From: a virus | Virus record (IMG/VR): IMGVR_UViG_3300017963_007659 | Span: 1-64,000 of that record | Strand: one strand, 5' to 3' | Length of the DNA stretch: 64,000 nt | In this document: piece after piece, positions 57,159 to 64,000 of the stretch | Position numbering within the stretch: position 1 is the first letter of the stretch | Layout: the number at the start of each line of letters is the position of its first letter | The notes under the pieces: model-generated | The model's input: the letters and a program-made list of their open reading frames with translations, nothing else | Told to the model about the DNA's origin: nothing | Database searches by the model: none | Position numbers and translations under genes: made by a program

Positions 57159-57959
57159 ATGGCAACTACAGTCGAACTCACGATCTTGACGAGAGGGTGG
57201 CTATATATAGGGAGTTCCTACAAGATTGCCCCTCAGAAGTCCCTTGTCCTCGTGATGACAAAGGTGCTTCGTGATGAGGAATTGGCATACCTTGTCTACA
57301 GGTTCGCAGAAGAAGGAAAGCTCTTTGGACGTTTGGATGGCGCGCTCGTACCTCCCTTGGATTTGCTCCTCGAATTCACGGACCCCATGTCCACTTCGAG
57401 GGGTACAGAGTTTCCTCCAGATGCTCCGATTGGGAAGTTTTTCTTCAGGACAGACCTCGGTCCTGCTGGCGAGATGTATCTTCGGAACAATACTGGATGG
57501 CTGAACCTGACGCCTACACCTATCGCGCACGGAGCTACACACCTTCCCATCGCTTTTGGCGGGACGGATCCTATTCCTGGTTTGGAGAGGCTCCAAGACA
57601 CCTACGCCTGTACGCTAGCCGAAACGGTACTCGACCTTGTCTACCAATCGGCTGGAAATACCGTTGAGCGTGCCGACGCTTCGGGCCTAGCAACTATGCC
57701 CTCTATAGGATTCATTGAGAGCAAAGGGACACCAACATCGTGTCTTGTGACTACGAGTGGTATCCTTTCTGGCTTCTTGGTTAAATATGCAGGAGGGGGT
57801 GGTTTGTCTCCGGATACAACGTACTATGCAGACCCATTGAATCCGGGGTTAATTACGAATGTACCCCCTGTAGTACCGGGACAAGTTTTCCAGCGTATTG
57901 GCTACGCTAAGAACACTGATGAGCTGTTGGTTGAGATCGACGCTCACATTCTCTTGTAG
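57159..57959 (+). CDS. virion protein with C-terminal decoration/cement-like domain
   Basis: LVYQS...ERADA...IGF...G...YY..PG.IT..PP..G...QRIG; homologous to the C-terminus of 58566. Confidence 0.45.
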   Translation: MATTVELTILTRGWLYIGSSYKIAPQKSLVLVMTKVLRDEELAYLVYRFAEEGKLFGRLDGALVPPLDLLLEFTDPMSTSRGTEFPPDAPIGKFFFRTDLGPAGEMYLRNNTGWLNLTPTPIAHGATHLPIAFGGTDPIPGLERLQDTYACTLAETVLDLVYQSAGNTVERADASGLATMPSIGFIESKGTPTSCLVTTSGILSGFLVKYAGGGGLSPDTTYYADPLNPGLITNVPPVVPGQVFQRIGYAKNTDELLVEIDAHILL

Positions 57960-57970
57960 AGGAGAGAGAC

Positions 57971-58240
57971 ATGCCACGACCTTTTCCAGTTCTTTCGTCC
58001 GCTGATAAAGCTGCCCATGCCGCTGAGACCTTCACAGCGACGTTCAGATACATTGGAACGAATCCTCCCATTGCAGCAACCGGGAAATACATCATGAAGT
58101 GTACGGGTTATGACGGGACACTACATGAGATTGAGCATGGAACTGAGAACTTTGAGGTCACAGACCCAAGAGTCGCTCGCTGCTTGGAGCTGCACATCGA
58201 CTACTTCACCAAAGAGCTAGACTACGAGCGCGTGGTCTAA
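57971..58240 (+). CDS. hypothetical protein
   Basis: GAGGAG RBS. Confidence 0.6.
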   Translation: MPRPFPVLSSADKAAHAAETFTATFRYIGTNPPIAATGKYIMKCTGYDGTLHEIEHGTENFEVTDPRVARCLELHIDYFTKELDYERVV

Positions 58241-58249
58241 GAGGCTATC

Positions 58250-58552
58250 ATGACGAAAGTGAAGATGGAGTATAGAGGAGAATCAAAAAGGGTGAAACTC
58301 CCTTCTGGCTTGCACACCGCAGATCGAACCGAGATGTTCATGGTAGCCGACGTAAAAACCGGCGACATAGCAGAATTTGAGGACGAACGAACCCTTCAGT
58401 TCGTCAAACTTGCTCGCTGTCAAGATGGATCCAGTGCTTGGGTCAATATCGCTAGTGCAGCGGATGTAACTGTCACATTTACACCCATTCAACCGAAAGC
58501 CCCAAGTCGGCGCACGTCCTGGAAATCACGTGGCGGACGGGCGAAGAAGTAA
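58250..58552 (+). CDS. hypothetical protein with basic tail
   Basis: GAGG RBS. Confidence 0.6.
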   Translation: MTKVKMEYRGESKRVKLPSGLHTADRTEMFMVADVKTGDIAEFEDERTLQFVKLARCQDGSSAWVNIASAADVTVTFTPIQPKAPSRRTSWKSRGGRAKK

Positions 58553-58565
58553 AGGAGACTGACCC

Positions 58566-60695
58566 GTGGCAGATTATCCCCCCCTGGTACTCGTCGCTGG
58601 TGTCCGACAGCAACTCCAAGCTGCCGACACGGTGCTGGCGAATGGAATCACTGCGAGAACAGGTACAAACCTGGCTCTTACTGCGGATGGTGGACAACTC
58701 GTTACCATCCCCGCTAACGTTGACCTCCAGTTTGGTGCTGTAGATAGTCAGATTGGTAGTGCTGGTGCGCTGATCGAAGTTCAGAACCTTCTGGACAAGA
58801 CCGATGCCGAGACTATCACAGGTGCATGGACCTACAACAACAACATCGCGTTTGACAATGGTACCCGTACTATTGCTGGTATCCAGAATCAGAACCTCGT
58901 CGACAAGACGGCTGCTGAAACCATTACCCAGGGAGTGGGTGACTCATGGAACTTCATCTCCTCTGGAGATAATACGAGTCCCAACCTCTCCGTGCAGGCG
59001 ACAGCAGCACAGGAAGCCTCAACCAACCGCGTCCTCTTCCAGGTTCTCGCGAGTGGTGGTGGCAACCTCTTCTCCGTCGACTCCGAAGGTGACGTGCAGG
59101 TTGCTGGTTCCGAGACCGTCTCCGGTGCGAGCACGGTTGTTGGTACAGCCAACTTCCAAGGCGACGTCAACCTCGGTAACGGTGGTGACGCCATCGCTAT
59201 CGGTTCCGGTCCAACGGATACCGTAACTTTCGGTGGCCCGATCACCATCACGATTCCGGATACCGAGAACTGGACCGCGATCACCATCGACAACAACGAC
59301 TCGACCAATGAGCCGGATGCTTTCCGTGTTCATGGTGCGAACACCGACACCATCCGCGTCGATTACGACGAGGTTGAGGTCAACACCACGGCGGGTGACT
59401 TCGATGTCAACTCCGGTGGTGCCATCACGATGGACGCAGCGAGTGCCTCAAACCTGACGGTCACAGGTGCCACGCTGACTCTCGCAAATACTGGCGCAAA
59501 TGAACTGGACATCACCTCTGGTGGTCTCTTGGACATTAACGCTGGAGCGAACCTCGACGTGGACGCCACTGGAACCATGGCGTTCAACTCGACAGACACC
59601 ACGAACCTCACCATGCTAGCGTCAGATGCTGCCACGAAGACTTTGACCATCGCAGCAAACAACGCCATTGGTGACGCGGTCCTAGCCCTCTCGTCCAACG
59701 CGGGTGCAGGCTCTGCTATTACCTTGGACACAGGCGCAGCCGACATCGATATCACAGCGGCTTCTGGTACTGTGGACATCGACGCTGGAGTAAGTGTTCA
59801 GATCGACTCGACGGGGGGTCTGGTAGACATTGGTGGTGGTAACATCACTCTCGACGCCACCGTCGGAATCTCCCTCGACGCAGGCGGTGCCTCGAACTTC
59901 ACCGTCACCGGTAACACGCTGACCCTCTCCAACACAGGTGCCAATGAGTTGGACATCACCTCTGGTGGTCTCCTGGATATCAATGCGGGTGCAAACCTCG
60001 ACATCGACGTCACTGGCTCCTTCGATATGCTCGCTTCAACCACCTTCGCCATCTCCGGTACTGGCGCTTCTTCGGTGAACGCTACCTCGGGTACACTCAC
60101 TCTGTCAAGCACCACGTCTGGAGACGTCGCTGTTGACTCGGCAGCCGAGATCCTGTTTGACGATACGAACCGCTCTGGTTCTACGTGGGCAGCCACTTCG
60201 GTGAAGCTCACAGAGACCACTGGTGAGTGGGATACCTACGAGTCGAACTTCGGAGAGGTCTCCATCTTCAACGCTCTCAACCAGGCGTACTCCGCTGCTG
60301 GTGGAGCGGTGCAAGAGGTTCTGCTTCAGTCTCTCACGACGGCGGGTATGGCTGCTGGCGATATCGCCTATCTGTCTGCCAATGACACTGTTCTGCAAGC
60401 TGACGCTGACAGCACTTTGGGCGTAGCGAGAGCGATGGGTGTCTACAATGGAACCGCTCGAGAGGTCGTAATTCAGGGGCGCGTTGACGTGACTTTGAAT
60501 GACGGGGTTACTCCCAGCGCGGGTGCCCCCATCTACGTGTCCACTGTAGCTGGACGCGGTACGGCTACGGCTCCTTCTGGGTCTGGTGAGTATGTCACCT
60601 GCATCGGTTATGTCGTCGACAACACCGGCTACGCTGCTACCCCTGGTAACACCGTAGAGATTCTCCTTGGAATCGAGCGACCTGTCCTCGTCTAA
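58566..60695 (+). CDS. fibre-like virion protein with internal repeats and decoration-like C-terminal domain
   Basis: GTG start behind AAGGAG; duplicated ASN.TVTG.TLTL.NTGANELDITSGGLLDINAGANLD; C-terminal GDIAYL...ADAD...GAPIYVST..G..T.TAPSG. Confidence 0.6.
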   Translation: MADYPPLVLVAGVRQQLQAADTVLANGITARTGTNLALTADGGQLVTIPANVDLQFGAVDSQIGSAGALIEVQNLLDKTDAETITGAWTYNNNIAFDNGTRTIAGIQNQNLVDKTAAETITQGVGDSWNFISSGDNTSPNLSVQATAAQEASTNRVLFQVLASGGGNLFSVDSEGDVQVAGSETVSGASTVVGTANFQGDVNLGNGGDAIAIGSGPTDTVTFGGPITITIPDTENWTAITIDNNDSTNEPDAFRVHGANTDTIRVDYDEVEVNTTAGDFDVNSGGAITMDAASASNLTVTGATLTLANTGANELDITSGGLLDINAGANLDVDATGTMAFNSTDTTNLTMLASDAATKTLTIAANNAIGDAVLALSSNAGAGSAITLDTGAADIDITAASGTVDIDAGVSVQIDSTGGLVDIGGGNITLDATVGISLDAGGASNFTVTGNTLTLSNTGANELDITSGGLLDINAGANLDIDVTGSFDMLASTTFAISGTGASSVNATSGTLTLSSTTSGDVAVDSAAEILFDDTNRSGSTWAATSVKLTETTGEWDTYESNFGEVSIFNALNQAYSAAGGAVQEVLLQSLTTAGMAAGDIAYLSANDTVLQADADSTLGVARAMGVYNGTAREVVIQGRVDVTLNDGVTPSAGAPIYVSTVAGRGTATAPSGSGEYVTCIGYVVDNTGYAATPGNTVEILLGIERPVLV

Positions 60696-60824
60696 ACCAA
60701 CCCAGCCCTTACCTCCCAACACTTCAAGAATATTGGTTATCCTTTCTACAAGAGACTGATACCTCTGTCTCAAACTGGATTAGTCAATGTATGTTGACTG
60801 GTAGAAACTCAGGAAAGGAAGCCT

Positions 60825-61211
60825 ATGTCCAGCAAAAGTTCTAAGAATTCCCGTACAGCCTCCAAGAAGTCGGCAACTGCCACCCCCAAGGTAGGCTTCC
60901 CGAAGAGAATCGACCTCAAAGCGGACCATCTCAAACTTCTCCGCGAGATCAATGGCAAGGAAAAGCAAGCGCTAGATATGGTAGCTCAAGCCTACTTGCG
61001 CATCCGTCAACTCAACCAACAGATAGAAAAGCTGGAACGAGACATCATCTCCCCTCAAGAGCAAGAAGTCTACCGCAAGAGGAATCGACTGATCGAAATT
61101 GGCCAATCTTTCATGGACTTCTACGAGCTTCCCCAGAAGGACGGATTCACATGGCAGCTCACAATCGATGAAGGTGCCTGGATTCTCGTTCCCCTCGATC
61201 AAAATCAGTAA
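60825..61211 (+). CDS. coiled-coil hypothetical protein
   Basis: AAGGA RBS. Confidence 0.6.
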   Translation: MSSKSSKNSRTASKKSATATPKVGFPKRIDLKADHLKLLREINGKEKQALDMVAQAYLRIRQLNQQIEKLERDIISPQEQEVYRKRNRLIEIGQSFMDFYELPQKDGFTWQLTIDEGAWILVPLDQNQ

Positions 61212-61241
61212 AATTCTGGTCAAAGTATAAGGAGAGTAGCC

Positions 61242-61430
61242 ATGCAGGCACAGGAGACAGACTTCTTCGATTGGTTCGATGCCCTTGAAGAAGAGCTTGG
61301 GAAGTTCAATGGTTCTGATGAGAAGCGCGGAGAGACAGCAGGTCTCCTCCTTATCGATGAAGCGAACTTCATGAGCAGAAACAAAAAAAGTCGAGGAGAT
61401 CTCCTCTTAAACCGATCGGGGTTACTTTAA
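61242..61430 (+). CDS. small hypothetical protein
   Basis: AAGGAG RBS; 62 aa. Confidence 0.45.
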   Translation: MQAQETDFFDWFDALEEELGKFNGSDEKRGETAGLLLIDEANFMSRNKKSRGDLLLNRSGLL

Positions 61431-61470
61431 TAACAGGTTGGGACACTTGTCTCAACTATGGAGATAGAGG

Positions 61471-62082
61471 ATGCACTTTACTCATGACATTGCTGATCAG
61501 TTGGAGGCACAGTTCCCGGTACGTGTTACACAGTGGGGTACACAGGCTGCTCCTGCTGTCGCTGTGAACAAAGAAGTCCCAGAGGACCAAGAGTCGGATA
61601 TCATTCACAAAGCGGCTTCTTGGCTACGAGAGCAAGGCTTCGTCGACATTCGTTTCGACACTGGGCATGATGACGCTGAAGGCCAACCGGTCATCGTTAT
61701 CCGTCATCCCTGGGATGAAAACGGTGCCGAACAAGACGACGGTCAGATCGATGTCGATCAGGTCGTCGCGCTTGTCCAGGAAGGCAAGATAGCCGAGGCA
61801 CTTCAGAAGCTACCTACCAAGAGTCCGAAGAAGAATGCTCAGGTTGAGATTCCTCTGGAAGACCTGGACGACAAGCTCGAAGAAGCCATGGACGATGTTA
61901 GCAGCGCTCTATCTCACCTCGACGAGCTTGTCTTCTCTCTTGGGGCGCACGACGCCAACAAAGAGTTGGACGAGGCTACCAGCGATCTCGCGCATACATT
62001 GACTGAAAAAGTCGACGACTTGTCCACCTTGGCTCTTGAGGTCAAGGGACTCATCGACCGAATCGACGAAAATCTCCCCTAG
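61471..62082 (+). CDS. acidic protein with internal leader-like segment
   Basis: VVALVQEGKIAEALQKL segment. Confidence 0.6.
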   Translation: MHFTHDIADQLEAQFPVRVTQWGTQAAPAVAVNKEVPEDQESDIIHKAASWLREQGFVDIRFDTGHDDAEGQPVIVIRHPWDENGAEQDDGQIDVDQVVALVQEGKIAEALQKLPTKSPKKNAQVEIPLEDLDDKLEEAMDDVSSALSHLDELVFSLGAHDANKELDEATSDLAHTLTEKVDDLSTLALEVKGLIDRIDENLP

Positions 62083-62122
62083 TCTCAATAAAATCTAGTC
62101 AAAGCCACTAGAGGGATCAAAC

Positions 62123-62683
62123 ATGACCATACTTGCGTTCGTCATCACCCTACTGGTGTCGTATACCTTGGTGTTTGCGCTACAAGAAGGGAAGCTCCCT
62201 GGCTTCATTGACTCCCGTATAGAGAAACTCCGTGGGAAGTACGCCTTCTTCGAGAATCTCTTTGGCTGCTCTTTCTGTCTAGGGTTCTGGACGGGGCTTC
62301 TATCCTATGCCTTGGTCCATCTGGCAACACAAGGACTCACGTACACCTGGAGCACCTTTGCTCTATGGCCTCTGGTAGGACTGGCTTCGTCTGCTACCTG
62401 CTACCTTCTGAGTCAAGTCTCGCTGCTCATGGACTACATCTCAATGCGTGGCATGGAAGAGGAGCTTCCGCCCGAGTTGGAAAACATCTTAGAGCAGCGA
62501 CGACTGATGCAAGACCCTGAATTTCTACAAGATTTGGGCTTCGTTCATGACCAGGAGAATAGGATCTTCGTCGACACCGTAGAAGACAAAGACTACTTCT
62601 GTTCCGACTGCGGAGGTTGCCAAGAAGTGGACGATGAAGACGAGGAAGAGGATCAGGAGGACGGTCCAGACTACCGTCACTAG
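62123..62683 (+). CDS. DUF1360-like membrane protein
   Basis: LFGCSFCLGFWTG motif, 3 TM segments, acidic tail. Confidence 0.6.
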   Translation: MTILAFVITLLVSYTLVFALQEGKLPGFIDSRIEKLRGKYAFFENLFGCSFCLGFWTGLLSYALVHLATQGLTYTWSTFALWPLVGLASSATCYLLSQVSLLMDYISMRGMEEELPPELENILEQRRLMQDPEFLQDLGFVHDQENRIFVDTVEDKDYFCSDCGGCQEVDDEDEEEDQEDGPDYRH

Positions 62684-62690
62684 CTCCAGC

Positions 62691-62698
62691 GGTTATCT
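62691..62698 (+). promoter_or_regulatory. candidate late promoter element GGTTATCT
   Basis: 13 bp upstream of ATG 62711. Confidence 0.5.
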
Positions 62699-62710
62699 GA
62701 ACATGACACC

Positions 62711-64000
62711 ATGGGTATTCTGGAGCAGATTCATAATCTTACAAATTCCGCGCTTCCTTCCTCACATGTAGGATATCACAAGTGGCGTGGAATTACTCTC
62801 CCAACCGACCTTTTCATGAGCGGAAGCGTGCGCTTCGCCCGAAAGACGGGGAATATTCTTCCTACCCTTCTTCCTTACAACTTCTCCAGGCTCTCGCAAG
62901 ATGTCAAACTGAATGACCAGATCATCTTCCTGGAGAGCTTTCCTACGCCAAGCATCACGCTGGGGACGAGGATTCGGATCAATCGACGGGAAGTCAAGAT
63001 TGTTGAAGACTTCAACGTAGATAACAACGAGCTTCTCCTCTCCACGGGCGTACAGGCAGCCTATCCCTCCTACACTCCTGTAGAGGTCTATGGGCAACCA
63101 ATTGAATCGGATGGAAGCTACATCGCGGGTCCTGGAGCGAATGTCATAAACGTCGACTCCACATGGAAGATTTATCCAGGGGATGTCCTCGTCTTCACGG
63201 CTGCTGAGATTGGGGTCACCGCAGCTACCCTCACAGCGTCCGTAGGAGGCGTCTATAGTTATCAGGTCACTCTTGAAGAGGACATCCCCTACGACCTCTC
63301 CGATCGCGCCCTCATCCTCCTGAGAGCCTACCCAGCGTATGAATCAGAGACACGGGTACTCCCCACTACCCCTGGCGTCTTCACCTCCTCTGGAGTAGGT
63401 CCCTTCGTTGTAGATTGGGTGTCTGGTCCGCTGCTCACCAGCGCTCGACCAGAAGAGTTCATGTACATCTATCTACAGACAGCAGCCGGAACCGTTATCC
63501 AAGAGAAGCTATTCGATAAGAATGACCTTATCCTCCGTGCTCCAATCAAAGCGGACTATCCTCTCTTCTGGAATGTAGAGAGAGGGAAGATCAATTGGGA
63601 TGGAACACGGCTGCACGCCACCACGGATGACCGAGGAAAGTTCCACCTCTTCAAGAAACTTGTCCCCAACTTCCCCACGGACCAAGTCAACCAGTGGAAC
63701 ATTCAGGTTGAGCCCGATAATGACGTCAACCTCTTCGTGGAGCTGGAGCCAAACACAAGGCAATCATACGCTCTTACAGGAGGAGTTGTCACCACAATCA
63801 ACATACTCTTGGATCCAACAGACCAACCGGTTGAGAGAGTACACCTACGTATAGACTCAGGATCGAATCCTGAGACGCGGGTGCGTCTAAATGACTGGAA
63901 CTTGGTAACTTCCCGTGTTGAGACCCTTCGGTACCATGTCGTCTCTCGCGTTACAGGGGACTACAACTACGCACTTTCTGGACTGTTCATTAAGCCGATG
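62711..64000 (+). CDS. putative structural protein, partial (runs off the window; absent from the ORF track)
   Basis: Translated by hand: MGILEQIHNLTNSALPSSHVGYHKWRG...SGLFIKPM, 430 codons without a stop. Confidence 0.75.
   Translation, partial: MGILEQIHNLTNSALPSSHVGYHKWRGITLPTDLFMSGSVRFARKTGNILPTLLPYNFSRLSQDVKLNDQIIFLESFPTPSITLGTRIRINRREVKIVEDFNVDNNELLLSTGVQAAYPSYTPVEVYGQPIESDGSYIAGPGANVINVDSTWKIYPGDVLVFTAAEIGVTAATLTASVGGVYSYQVTLEEDIPYDLSDRALILLRAYPAYESETRVLPTTPGVFTSSGVGPFVVDWVSGPLLTSARPEEFMYIYLQTAAGTVIQEKLFDKNDLILRAPIKADYPLFWNVERGKINWDGTRLHATTDDRGKFHLFKKLVPNFPTDQVNQWNIQVEPDNDVNLFVELEPNTRQSYALTGGVVTTINILLDPTDQPVERVHLRIDSGSNPETRVRLNDWNLVTSRVETLRYHVVSRVTGDYNYALSGLFIKPM

Noticed and set aside
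61242-61430. LLLIDEANFM resembles a terminase/ATPase Walker B
   Set aside because: 62-aa ORF with no Walker A or other ATPase context; likely coincidental or a relic
37825-62102. AGTCAA motifs as minus-strand sigma70 -35 boxes
   Set aside because: For the sites checked (37.8, 50.55, 61.2, 62.1 kb) there is no -10 at 17 bp and no minus-strand gene downstream
1-64000. Stop-codon recoding (TAG/TGA), as in some huge phages
   Set aside because: Genes end cleanly at TAG, TGA and TAA with the next RBS/start immediately after; the only break (38300) is a frameshift, not an in-frame stop
1-64000. tRNA/rRNA genes
   Set aside because: No cloverleaf or T-loop (GTTCRA) context found in the few intergenic gaps

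Overview
A 64-kb segment of a large tailed dsDNA bacteriophage genome (jumbo/huge-phage-like, probably a myovirus). It is densely coding, almost entirely on the + strand, uses genetic code 11 and has Shine-Dalgarno sites. Positions 1-2.1 kb and two small inverted islands (19.6 and 21.2 kb) carry short minus-strand 'early' genes, driven by five sigma70-type promoters with perfect 17-bp spacing. The 2.1-29 kb region is dominated by an expansion of 18 paralogous minimal protein-kinase-fold genes, all with intact catalytic residues. These are interleaved with ADP-ribosyltransferase-like and phosphoribosyltransferase genes and a family of proteins sharing an N-terminal 'LLEAGYKNEA' leader. The 21.9-64 kb region is mostly virion structural genes (baseplate-like, tail fibres, NHL propeller, decoration-like), with a free-standing GIY-YIG endonuclease, a holin/spanin-like cluster and a frameshifted myxobacterial-type Cys-rich lipoprotein. 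A 10-bp motif (ATTCTTGWAG / CTWCAAGAAT) occurs at least 48 times by eye on both strands and in several reading frames, and it or a one-mismatch variant overlaps every sigma70 promoter. A GGTTAYCT motif precedes many + strand genes (candidate late promoter). No tRNA, rRNA or CRISPR array was seen. All functional calls come from motif reading only; no database searches were run.
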